This document shows, piece by piece, positions 1-8,429 of a stretch of 64,000 nt of DNA (position 1 is the stretch's first letter; each line of letters begins with the position of its first letter). A program made the position numbers and the translations under genes. The DNA is taken from assembly GCA_037442105.1 (NCBI GenBank), contig JBBIQV010000006.1, positions 1-64,000 on the forward strand, written 5' to 3'. This DNA is from Nitrospiraceae bacterium. GTDB taxonomy: Bacteria; Nitrospirota; Nitrospiria; Nitrospirales; Nitrospiraceae. A model generated the notes under the pieces. The model was not told the DNA's origin, did no database searches, and worked only from the letters and a program-made list of their open reading frames with translations.

Positions 1-959
1 AAGATCACCTGGTCCTGCGCGTCCGCGATCATGATGTTGACACCGGCGTTCTCCATCGCCGTCGTGAGGCGCGCCATCTCCTGCATCGTCCGTTCCCGCT
101 CCGCGATATTTGCCTGGATCTGCTCCGCCATGGAGTTGAACGACTTGCCAAGCCGGCCGATCTCGTCCGTTGTCGCCAGTTCCACCCGTGCCCCGTGGTC
201 CCCTGCCGCCAGCCTGGAGGCGCTGCCCATGACTCGACATAAACCGCACGAAATGAAACGGGCAATAAGCCAGCCAAAGAACAGGCCAAGCACGACACCG
301 CCGATTACCATACCGGTGAGCTGCGTACGCGAGTCGCGATAGGTGCTGTCGGCCTCGTCATACTTGGCTTGCGCAATCTTCATTTTCACATCGACCAGGT
401 TGTTGATGGCATCGACGGAGGCCGTGAATTTGCCGGCCGCTTCCCCCTTGAGATTGGCAAGCGCTTCCTTCTGATCGCCGGACAGGAGCGGCTTGAACAC
501 GGCATTGTCGCGGTATCCGCGATAGTCGTCGTAGACTTTGACGAATTCGTCGTAAGCCTTCTGAACCTGCTCGGCCTTGATCGTTTTCGCAAAGGCCTGC
601 CTGGTCTCGTCCACTTCCTTGTTCAGGTTTCCGATCTTGGCCAGCGCCGCTTCCCGGTCGGCCTGGCTTTGGGTTAGAACGGCGGTGATGGTCTGCGTGT
701 GCATCTGATAGACCATGCCTCGGACACGGGTCAGCGTCATAAGCGGCTTGAGTTGGACGTTGTAGACGTTATCCAGACCGTCGTTGACCTTGCCCATGTT
801 CTGCACGCCGATGAACCCGACCACCGCCATGATGGCGCCGACGATCGCGAAACCCACCATCAGCTTCGTCATCGTGTTCAGGTTGCCGAACGACGACCAC
901 AACGTTCGTCTCTCTTCCCTATCAACGCTTTTATCGAGAACCTCGACATGAAGCGTCAT
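1..959 (-). CDS. Methyl-accepting chemotaxis protein, 5' part (TM, helical sensor, TM, HAMP, start of PAS); runs off window
   Basis: Manual translation from ATG 959 (AAGGAGG upstream): MTLHVEVLD...TKLMVGFAIVGAIMAVVGFIG; HAMP-like DEIGRLGKSFNSM; PAS start NIMIADAQDQVI; follows cheW. Confidence 0.85.
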   Translation of the reverse strand, partial: MTLHVEVLDKSVDREERRTLWSSFGNLNTMTKLMVGFAIVGAIMAVVGFIGVQNMGKVNDGLDNVYNVQLKPLMTLTRVRGMVYQMHTQTITAVLTQSQADREAALAKIGNLNKEVDETRQAFAKTIKAEQVQKAYDEFVKVYDDYRGYRDNAVFKPLLSGDQKEALANLKGEAAGKFTASVDAINNLVDVKMKIAQAKYDEADSTYRDSRTQLTGMVIGGVVLGLFFGWLIARFISCGLCRVMGSASRLAAGDHGARVELATTDEIGRLGKSFNSMAEQIQANIAERERTMQEMARLTTAMENAGVNIMIADAQDQVI

Positions 960-976
960 GGCTTAGCGTCCCTCCT

Positions 977-1489
977 TTACGCGGCAAGTCTGTTGACCTG
1001 CTGCATATCCGTGTCGGAAAGCAACCGGTCGATATCGAGAATGGCGACCAGTTTATCGGCGCATTTTCCGATGCCGCTCAAGAAGCTCACGTCCACTTTC
1101 GTCCCGAACTCCGGAGGCGGCTGCACGTCCTTTTGGACGATGTTCAATACGTCCGACACGGCATCCACGACGACGCCCATCACGCGATCCCGCACGACGA
1201 CGACTATGATCACCGTAAACACCGTGTACTCGGCCTCCGGCATCCCGAACTTGCGGCGCAGATCCACGATCGGCACGATGGTGCCGCGAAGATTGAGGAC
1301 GCCCTTGATGAAGGCCGGCGTATTGGGAATCCGCGTGACCGCTGTGTAGCCCTTGATCTCCTGCACGCGAAGAATATCGATGCCGTAATGTTCATTTCCG
1401 AGCGTGAAGCTCAGATACTGGTGCTCGTCGGTACCGATCCCGCTCTGCTGGCTCGCCTCCTGCGTGACTGTCTCGATCGCTTGTGCCAT
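977..1489 (-). CDS. cheW: Chemotaxis coupling protein CheW
   Basis: YLSFTLGNEHYGIDILRVQEI, GVLNLRGTIVPIVDLR; start placed at MAQAIE. Confidence 0.95.
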   Translation of the reverse strand: MAQAIETVTQEASQQSGIGTDEHQYLSFTLGNEHYGIDILRVQEIKGYTAVTRIPNTPAFIKGVLNLRGTIVPIVDLRRKFGMPEAEYTVFTVIIVVVVRDRVMGVVVDAVSDVLNIVQKDVQPPPEFGTKVDVSFLSGIGKCADKLVAILDIDRLLSDTDMQQVNRLAA

Positions 1490-1515
1490 GGTGTTTTCCC
1501 TCCCCCCCCTTCGCC

Positions 1516-1543
1516 CCATCACTCCTCACGCATCACCCATCAC
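1516..1543. repeat. Heptamer tandem array (CCATCAC-type x4)
   Basis: CCATCAC TCCTCAC GCATCAC CCATCAC between cheA and cheW. Confidence 0.75.
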
Positions 1544-1551
1544 CGTCTTCT

Positions 1552-3798
1552 TCACGCCGCCACCGCCTCGCCACGGCGTGCCAGTTCGATCAGCCCGCGC
1601 ACATCCAGGATGAACGCAACGGTTCCGTCGCCCAGGATCGTGGCACCGGCGATGCCCTCGACTTTCCGGAAATTCCGTTCGAGGCTCTTGATGACGACCT
1701 GCTGCTGCCCCAGCAACTCGTCCACCATGACCGCGACACGCCCGCTCTCGGTCTCGATGATCACGAGGATCGCGCCGGCAGAATCGTCGTCCTCGGCCTC
1801 GATCGAAAAAGTTTCGGCAAGACGAATGATCGGCAGATGCGCGCCCCGCACATTCACCACGTCTCCTTTACCGAGGACCGTTTGTATCGCATCCGGGGTC
1901 GGCTTGACGGACTCGAGGATGGACACCAACGGGATGATGTAACTTTCCTGCCCCACGCGAACGGTCATCCCCTCGACGATCGCCAGCGTCAACGGCAGCT
2001 TCAGCGTGAACGTCGTGCCTTTGCCGGCCGCCGTGCGGATACTCACCGTCCCGCCGAGCGATTCGATGTTCCGCTTCACCACATCCATGCCGACGCCCCG
2101 GCCGGAGACGTCGGTGACCTTGTCGGCGGTGGAGAAGCCGGGCCGGAAAATGAGCGACCACATCTGCTCGTCGCTCAACTTGTCGGTCTCCGAAATCAGC
2201 CCCTGTTTCACGGCCTTGGCGAGAATCTTTTCGCGATTGAGGCCGCGGCCGTCGTCTTCGACCGTGATGCAGATATTGCCGCCCTCATGGTACGCATTCA
2301 TCTTGATGACGCCCTGGTCCGGTTTGCCCGCCGCCACCCGCTCGTCCGGCGGTTCGAGGCCATGATCCGCCGAATTGCGGACCAGATGGGTTAACGGATC
2401 GCCGATCGATTCGATCACGGTCTTGTCCAGCTCGGTCTCTTCGCCGTTCATCACGAACCGGATTTTCTTGCCGTTCTTGGCCGCCAAATCGCGCACCAGG
2501 CGTGGAAAACGGCTGAAGACCTGCCCGATGGGGAGCATGCGGATGCCCATGACACGTTCCTGGATCTCGCGGGTGTTCCGCTCGAGCTGAGCCGTCCGTT
2601 CCAGCAGAACCGGCAATTTCGACATGTCGAATCCTTTTCCCAACGCGCTCAACATGGATTGCGTGATCACCAGTTCCCCGGCCAGGTTGATCAGTTTGTC
2701 GATTTTGGCGGTATCCACGCGGATGGAAGCGGTGTCGGCCTTCTTGGCGTGCGCCGCGGACTCCAACTGCCTCTGTTTCTCAAGCGCCTGGGCGATCTGC
2801 TGCGGGGTCACCGCCTTCTGCTCGATCAGTATTTCCCCCACCCGCTTCTGCTGAGCCAAGGCGTTATTCAAGGTGTCCTGTGTGACGACGCCGGTCTCGA
2901 CGAGTATTTCGCCGAGAGGTTTGGGCTCGCGGGCTTCGCAGGTTGAGGCTGAGGTCGAGGCTAAGGTTGAGGATGACCCCTGAGAATCTTCCTTAACCTC
3001 AGCCTTGACCTCAACCTTCTCAATCGTGAGCACGCTGTCTTCACGAACGAAATCGAATACCCCTTCCACCACGGCACGGTCCTTCGATGTTTCGACTTCC
3101 ACTGCCCATGACAGATAGCACTGCTCCGGGTCCATCTCGGACAGGTTCGGAAGACGACTTGTATCAACCGTCACCGACATGAGCCGACCCAGGTCGCCAA
3201 GTTCTTTCAGCATCTGGATCGGGTCCAATCCTCTTTGGAACAACCACGGAGGCGGAGTCCAGGCGATGGTGTAACGGCAATTATGGGCTAGAGGCGCGGG
3301 GGACTGGCCCCTTTCTGAGGGGGTAGGGGACTGGCTCCGGCCAAGAAGGGGGACAGTCCCCTGGGGGGGGGGACAGTCCCCGCCGGTGCCTGTCCCCGCA
3401 TTCGCCTGTCCCGGAGACTGACTGGCCTCCAGTTCGGCACCGAGGCGACCGAACGTCTCTTCGTCGACCGGCGCCCCCGTCCGCGCCGCCTCCAGAAGGG
3501 ATTTCAGACAATCCGTAGCGCGCAACAGGATATCGATAAGGGGACCGGTGACGGCCATTTGTCCGTTCCGCAACTGGTCTAGGAGCGTTTCCATCTTGTG
3601 CGTGAACTGCCCGACCGCGGTGAATCCGAACATGCCGCTGTTACCCTTGATCGAATGGGCTGCGCGGAAGATGCGGTTCAGCAGGTCCAAGTCTTGAGGG
3701 TGCTGTTCGAGCTGCAGCAACCCCTCTTCAATGGTGGAGAGGTGCTCGCTCGATTCCTCGAAGAATGCATCCTGGAATCTGGAAAGATTGGTGCTCAC
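1552..3798 (-). CDS. cheA: Chemotaxis histidine kinase CheA (system 1)
   Basis: Hpt IFRAAHSIKG, HLVRNSADHG, DDGRGL, SGRGVGMDVV, C-terminal CheW domain; GTG start overlaps cheY stop (GTGA). Confidence 0.96.
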   Translation of the reverse strand: MSTNLSRFQDAFFEESSEHLSTIEEGLLQLEQHPQDLDLLNRIFRAAHSIKGNSGMFGFTAVGQFTHKMETLLDQLRNGQMAVTGPLIDILLRATDCLKSLLEAARTGAPVDEETFGRLGAELEASQSPGQANAGTGTGGDCPPPQGTVPLLGRSQSPTPSERGQSPAPLAHNCRYTIAWTPPPWLFQRGLDPIQMLKELGDLGRLMSVTVDTSRLPNLSEMDPEQCYLSWAVEVETSKDRAVVEGVFDFVREDSVLTIEKVEVKAEVKEDSQGSSSTLASTSASTCEAREPKPLGEILVETGVVTQDTLNNALAQQKRVGEILIEQKAVTPQQIAQALEKQRQLESAAHAKKADTASIRVDTAKIDKLINLAGELVITQSMLSALGKGFDMSKLPVLLERTAQLERNTREIQERVMGIRMLPIGQVFSRFPRLVRDLAAKNGKKIRFVMNGEETELDKTVIESIGDPLTHLVRNSADHGLEPPDERVAAGKPDQGVIKMNAYHEGGNICITVEDDGRGLNREKILAKAVKQGLISETDKLSDEQMWSLIFRPGFSTADKVTDVSGRGVGMDVVKRNIESLGGTVSIRTAAGKGTTFTLKLPLTLAIVEGMTVRVGQESYIIPLVSILESVKPTPDAIQTVLGKGDVVNVRGAHLPIIRLAETFSIEAEDDDSAGAILVIIETESGRVAVMVDELLGQQQVVIKSLERNFRKVEGIAGATILGDGTVAFILDVRGLIELARRGEAVAA
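2940..3017. repeat. Hexamer-repeat inverted hairpin, in frame within cheA
   Basis: AGGTTG AGGCTG AGGTCG AGGCTA AGGTTG AGGA ... TCCTTAACCTCAGCCTTGACCTCAACCT. Confidence 0.8.
3299..3381. repeat. Four GGGGACWGNNNCC palindromic (REP-like) units within cheA linker
   Basis: GGGGACTGGCCCC, GGGGACTGGCTCC, GGGGACAGTCCCC x2. Confidence 0.75.
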
Positions 3799-4166
3799 GC
3801 CGGCAACACCTTCTGAATCACCTTCAGCATTTGATCGGGGTTGAACGGTTTGACGATCCATCCTGTCGCGCCGGCGGCTTGGCCGGCTTTTTTCTTGTCG
3901 TCGGCCGATTCGGTCGTCAGCATCAGAATCGGTGTGAACTTCAGCGCCGGCATTTTCCTGATCTCCTGGATCAGGGTGATTCCGTCCATGACGGGCATGT
4001 TCAAATCGGTCACGACGAGATCCGGTTTGGTGCCGTTCGTGAGCTTGCCTACCGCTTCTTTCCCGTCGCCGGCTTCAACGACCTGAAACCCCGCATTGGT
4101 GAGGGTGAAGGTCACCATTTGTCTCATCGTCGGCGAATCATCCACGACCAAGACTGTTTTGCCCAT
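3795..4166 (-). CDS. cheY: Single-domain response regulator CheY (system 1)
   Basis: VLVVDDS, VTDLNMPVMDG, MLTTES, WIVKPF; ATG 4166 with GAGGAGG. Confidence 0.93.
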   Translation of the reverse strand: MGKTVLVVDDSPTMRQMVTFTLTNAGFQVVEAGDGKEAVGKLTNGTKPDLVVTDLNMPVMDGITLIQEIRKMPALKFTPILMLTTESADDKKKAGQAAGATGWIVKPFNPDQMLKVIQKVLPA

Positions 4167-4182
4167 GTGGAACCTCCTCAAC

Positions 4183-4265
4183 AATAGCGAGCAGCAAGCA
4201 GCGGAGCTTCACAGCTCCAAGCTATTCGCTATCAGCTATCAGCTATTCGCTCTTGGCTATTCGCT
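4183..4265. repeat. Heptamer arrays in inverted orientation (GCTATTC-type)
   Basis: AATAGCG AGCAGCA AGCAGCG, inner GGAGCT/AGCTCC hairpin, then GCTATTC GCTATCA GCTATCA GCTATTC GCTCTTG GCTATTC. Confidence 0.8.
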
Positions 4266-4272
4266 CCATTCT

Positions 4273-5394
4273 TCAGAACAGCGTCACGTTGCCGTCCGCC
4301 CCGCATGATGCGGCACCGACCGCTTGGGGTGCGCGCCCATGTCCATTCATAGCCGTAGAGAGCACCTGCCGTTCGTGTTCCATCGTGTAGGTCTTCGCGA
4401 TCTCTTTCAGCATCGCAGAATAGTCGTATACCCCGGGGACGTCGCGTTCTTCCGCAAGTGCTTGCAGATGGAGGCGGATCTGCTCCAGGGGCTCGATGAC
4501 GTGCTCGAGACGCTGCCTTGTGATGTCCTGGAATTGCAACGACATCACGATGTCGGCGACATCTTCGGCCAGCTCCTGCGCACGAGTCGTCGATTGGGAC
4601 ACACTGATCTGAAGTAGATGGTTGCGTTCGAGCAGCGATTTGGTCATCGCATCCAGTTTGTCTTTCATATAGAGTGTCTTGGTCAGGTCGATCGACGCCA
4701 TTTTGCGAATCCTCTCCATGGCCGATGTGCTGCTGCGTTGCACCTCCGTGAGCAACTGTTGAATGTTGCTCGCCGCTTGGCCCGAACGATTGGCCAGCGT
4801 GGTGACTTCGTCGGCGACCACGGCGAAACCACGGCCGTGCTGGCCGGCGCGCGCCGCTTCGATTGCGGCATTCAACGCCAGGAGCCTGGTCTGTTCGGCA
4901 ATGAATTCGATGTCGGCCAAAATGCCGCCGATGGCCTTCGTGCTCTGGCTCATGTCGTCCATGCTCTCCGAGACCCGGACTGCGATTTGGGAGGAGTCCA
5001 TGACATCCTGCACAAACCCGCTGAGCATGCTCTCCGATTGCTGGAGCAGCGCTTCGAGGCTCTGGTCGTCTTGGGTAAACACTTGGCTGGCCTCACCGGC
5101 CTGCTCCGTCGTGCGCTGAGAAATCGCTTGGAACCGGGTCGAGAGACCCAGGGCGGCTTGTTCGGTTTGGTTAATGACCGCTTTCATTTGCTGATTGAGG
5201 ATCGGAAGGACCGGCAAGATGCCTTGCGCGCACGTCTTCCAGTTCTCGCAGCGACTCGCCATCGCCTCGCTACGAACCTTCAGTTCGGCCAGCTCTACAG
5301 CAAGAGGTGCTCGCCATTGCCGCCAACACCACCATCCGCCCGCCAAGGCTCCGGCCAAAACTCCTCCTCCGACATACAGTGCGGCTTCCAACAT
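4273..5394 (-). CDS. Methyl-accepting chemotaxis protein, single N-terminal TM, LQFQD tail
   Basis: [33 protein letters not shown]; ends GNVTLF. Confidence 0.92.
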   Translation of the reverse strand: MLEAALYVGGGVLAGALAGGWWCWRQWRAPLAVELAELKVRSEAMASRCENWKTCAQGILPVLPILNQQMKAVINQTEQAALGLSTRFQAISQRTTEQAGEASQVFTQDDQSLEALLQQSESMLSGFVQDVMDSSQIAVRVSESMDDMSQSTKAIGGILADIEFIAEQTRLLALNAAIEAARAGQHGRGFAVVADEVTTLANRSGQAASNIQQLLTEVQRSSTSAMERIRKMASIDLTKTLYMKDKLDAMTKSLLERNHLLQISVSQSTTRAQELAEDVADIVMSLQFQDITRQRLEHVIEPLEQIRLHLQALAEERDVPGVYDYSAMLKEIAKTYTMEHERQVLSTAMNGHGRAPQAVGAASCGADGNVTLF

Positions 5395-5458
5395 GCGGTG
5401 TTCCTCAATATCCCGACATGATTGTGTCCAACAAGGCCGGCCGCCTTGACTCCCCACC

Positions 5459-5722
5459 TCACGACGCGAGCGACCCCGGACATCCGATCCGCGCCATGTT
5501 GCGTTTTACCGTGTCCGGTGCCCCGGTCACGTGAAGGCGACCGGAACGTTGTGCGGCGAGTATCAACTGCAAAGCGGAGGTGTCCACACGATTCACCTGC
5601 GCGAGGTCGAGGACAACCGGACCCTCTTGAGAGAGTAACGTGACGAGCGCATCCTTGAAGGCAACCGCTTCAAAAATGGTCAGGTCACCGGTCGGCATGC
5701 AATTCTGGTTCGTTGTGGGCAT
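5459..5722 (-). CDS. STAS-domain protein
   Basis: GDLTIFEA...[19 protein letters not shown]. Confidence 0.85.
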   Translation of the reverse strand: MPTTNQNCMPTGDLTIFEAVAFKDALVTLLSQEGPVVLDLAQVNRVDTSALQLILAAQRSGRLHVTGAPDTVKRNMARIGCPGSLAS

Positions 5723-5740
5723 AGGTCCTGCGTCATGATC

Positions 5741-5768
5741 TTTTCGGTTTTTTTCCGTCGGATCTTGA
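5741..5768 (-). promoter_or_regulatory. Putative sigma-28 (FliA) promoter of chemosensory operon 1
   Basis: TCAA-N16-ACCGAAAA upstream of the STAS gene. Confidence 0.55.
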
Positions 5769-5782
5769 TAGGCGACACGCCC

Positions 5783-6631
5783 TCACATGGGGTGCTCTCT
5801 CGTAGCCCTGTCCGGCTGAGCCGGGAAAGCGGGATCGCCTGCTCCTGGATTATCGGCGATCGGTGGGGTTCCCCCCTCCATCGTGTGACTGATTGGTTCA
5901 TTGGCCTCCGGCGCCGCGGTCTTCTCCGCCAGGACCACGATCTCGACGCGGCGGTTCTTGGCCCGATGTTCGGGGGTGAGGTTGTCGGTGCGCGGCATGG
6001 AATCGGCGCGTCCCATCGCGCTCAAACGTTGAGCCGGCACACCGTAGAGTTCGCTCATGACGCGGACGACGATCACGGCTCGTGTGGCGGACAGTTCCCA
6101 GTTGGACGGAAACTGGGCGGTGCGGATGGGGACGTTATCCGTATGCCCCTCGATCCTGACCTGCCGGTCCAACTCGATCAACACCTCCGCCAACGCCTTC
6201 AGGAATGGAAGTGCGTCGGGGCGGAGCGCCGCTTCCCCGCTGTTGAACATGACGTGGTCAGGAATTGTAATCACGATCTCACCGGACGAGCGCTCGGCAA
6301 CCTGGATGACCTCGAATTGGGCGGGGTCGTTGATGGCCTTCATGAGCGCCCGGAGCTTCCGGACGACCGGCTCTTTGGCCCCGGCGAGCGACGGCTGAAT
6401 AGTGGTCGGCTTGTTGTTGCCGAGTGTGAAGGCCAGCGTGCTGGCCGGCGGGCTCACGATGGGATTGAGCGCGGCTTTGATGGATTCGCTCACGGTGCGG
6501 TACTTCCCCTCATTGACGGAGGAAACGGAGTACATCACCACGAAAAAAGCAAAGAGGAGCGTGATGAAGTCGGCGTACGAGACGAGCCAGCGCTCGTGGT
6601 TCTCGTGCTCTTCGTGTTTTTTCTTCGCCAT
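5783..6631 (-). CDS. motB: Flagellar stator protein MotB
   Basis: ERWLVSYADFITLLFAFFVVMY; OmpA-like IEGHTDNVPI, NWELSATRA, NRRVEI. Confidence 0.95.
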   Translation of the reverse strand: MAKKKHEEHENHERWLVSYADFITLLFAFFVVMYSVSSVNEGKYRTVSESIKAALNPIVSPPASTLAFTLGNNKPTTIQPSLAGAKEPVVRKLRALMKAINDPAQFEVIQVAERSSGEIVITIPDHVMFNSGEAALRPDALPFLKALAEVLIELDRQVRIEGHTDNVPIRTAQFPSNWELSATRAVIVVRVMSELYGVPAQRLSAMGRADSMPRTDNLTPEHRAKNRRVEIVVLAEKTAAPEANEPISHTMEGGTPPIADNPGAGDPAFPAQPDRATREHPM

Positions 6632-6640
6632 ATGTCAGAA

Positions 6641-6723
6641 GTGATGGGTGATGAGTGATGAGTGATCAGTGGGATCACGGACACCATCCGAAAGCTCATC
6701 ACCCATCACTGATCACCCATCAC
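6641..6723. repeat. Heptamer inverted hairpin (GTGATGA/TCATCAC) between motA and motB
   Basis: GTGATGG GTGATGA GTGATGA GTGATCA ... TCATCAC CCATCAC TGATCAC CCATCAC. Confidence 0.85.
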
Positions 6724-7487
6724 TTCTTCTCCTTCGTCCGCTCCGCTTCCGCCAGATAGCCCTCGAGCTTTTCCTGCAACAGCCGAGGGTTCTCGCCCTG
6801 CGCCAGCCCGACGAGCCCCATGATGATGACCATGCGCGCCTCGGCTTCTTCCTTAAGCTTGATCTTGATTTTGTTGGCCATGGGGAGAAAAAAGAGGTTC
6901 GCTGCGCCGACGCCATAGACTGTGGCCACGAACGCGACCGCGATGCCGCCTCCGAGCTTGGAGGGGTCGGCCAGATTTTCCATCACGTGGATCAGGCCGA
7001 GCACGGCACCCAGAATGCCCACGGTCGGCGCATATCCGCCGGCGGCTTCCCATACCTTCGCGCCGAGCACGCCTTGTTCTTCATGATGCTCGACCTCGAT
7101 TTCCAATATCTCGTGCACGGCTTTTGGATCCGTGCCGTCCACAATGAGCTGCACCCCTTTGCGAAAGAACGGGTCTTTGATCTCCTTCATTTTATTTTCC
7201 AGCGCGAGCAATCCCTGCTTGCGTGAAACATTGGCGAGGTCGAGGATTTTCGTGATGGTGCTTTTGACATCGTGATGTGGCCCGCCGATTGTCAAGGACA
7301 GCATGGCGACCCCCCTGAGCACAATCGGCAAAGGATGCTGCACAAAAACCGCCCCGAAGGTCCCGCCAATCACGATGATAAAGGCCGTGAGCTGAAGGAT
7401 AGATCCAAGATGGCCTCCCTCCAGCGCCTGCCCACCGACAATTGAACCCAGCGCGAGGACGACTCCGATTATGGTAGCGATATCCAT
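6720..7487 (-). CDS. motA: Flagellar stator protein MotA
   Basis: SRKQGLLALE, GGYAPTVGILGAVLGLI, AFVATVYG, GENPR. Confidence 0.95.
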   Translation of the reverse strand: MDIATIIGVVLALGSIVGGQALEGGHLGSILQLTAFIIVIGGTFGAVFVQHPLPIVLRGVAMLSLTIGGPHHDVKSTITKILDLANVSRKQGLLALENKMKEIKDPFFRKGVQLIVDGTDPKAVHEILEIEVEHHEEQGVLGAKVWEAAGGYAPTVGILGAVLGLIHVMENLADPSKLGGGIAVAFVATVYGVGAANLFFLPMANKIKIKLKEEAEARMVIIMGLVGLAQGENPRLLQEKLEGYLAEAERTKEKK

Positions 7488-7627
7488 TGACTTATAAATC
7501 CACTTTGATCATAAGCACATCCAGCCTATATCTAAAGTAATGCTTTATATACTCAATAGTATTATTGCACTCTCTCCCGAGAGTTTGATACCGTGGCATT
7601 CCACCTTGGAACACCAGGAGGTGCCGC

Positions 7628-7873
7628 GTGAGTCCAATTGACCACTTAATCCTCGATGCGAAGCAGGCCATTCTGGACGAGCAACACCGGCGCTTTCAGG
7701 CACTCCAGGAAGAAGGGCGCTGGCCGGAAGCCATGCGGCAATTTCAAGTGACGCTCGGTTGTGCATCGGACCTCCTCAACGAATCGCTCCACGTCCTCGA
7801 GCGCGTTCTCGACGCGACCCGCGAGAGGAACTCAGACCCCACCTCCGACGAGGACGCCCTTCCGGATTCCTAG
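7628..7873 (+). CDS. Small hypothetical helical protein
   Basis: 81-aa ORF with CAGGAGG RBS before GTG; divergent from motA. Confidence 0.65.
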   Translation: MSPIDHLILDAKQAILDEQHRRFQALQEEGRWPEAMRQFQVTLGCASDLLNESLHVLERVLDATRERNSDPTSDEDALPDS

Positions 7874-8406
7874 GAGCCCGTTGGTTCTGCGGCATCGCTG
7901 CTTCGTTGGAGAAGCCGGTTGAGGTCGAGGATGATCAGTAGCCGATCCCCGATTCGACCGACGCCCTGCATAAATTCCGATCCGGCGCTCGCACCGACTA
8001 AAGGCGGCGGCTCAATCGCGCTTTTGGAAAGGCGCAGCACCTCGACCACCGAATCCACCAACAGGCCGACCATCCGCTGATGCACCATCGCGACGATAAT
8101 CCGCGTCCGTGACGTTCGCTCGATGGGAGGCAGTCCGAATCGCCGGCGGAGGTTCAATGCCGGAATAATGCGGCCACGCAGGTTGATGACTCCTTCAACA
8201 TAGGGCGGCGCCTTGGGAACAGGCGTGATATCCGTCAAACGATTGATCTCCTGGACGCTCAGGACATCTAAGGCGAATTCTTCGTGCCCTACCCGAGCAA
8301 TGATAAATTGACACAGGTCTTCCGCAAGCGCCGCCGTATGCGAACCGGCTTCGGCCGGTTCAACCGCTGTCCTCTCTGTGGCTGCCCTGTCCTGAGCGAT
8401 CGTCAT
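7870..8406 (-). CDS. cheW: Chemotaxis coupling protein CheW (system 2)
   Basis: FALDVLSVQEINR, GVINLRGRIIP, GLLVDSV. Confidence 0.93.
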   Translation of the reverse strand: MTIAQDRAATERTAVEPAEAGSHTAALAEDLCQFIIARVGHEEFALDVLSVQEINRLTDITPVPKAPPYVEGVINLRGRIIPALNLRRRFGLPPIERTSRTRIIVAMVHQRMVGLLVDSVVEVLRLSKSAIEPPPLVGASAGSEFMQGVGRIGDRLLIILDLNRLLQRSSDAAEPTGS

Positions 8407-8429
8407 GGCATCCTCTCTAAATGAGCCGG

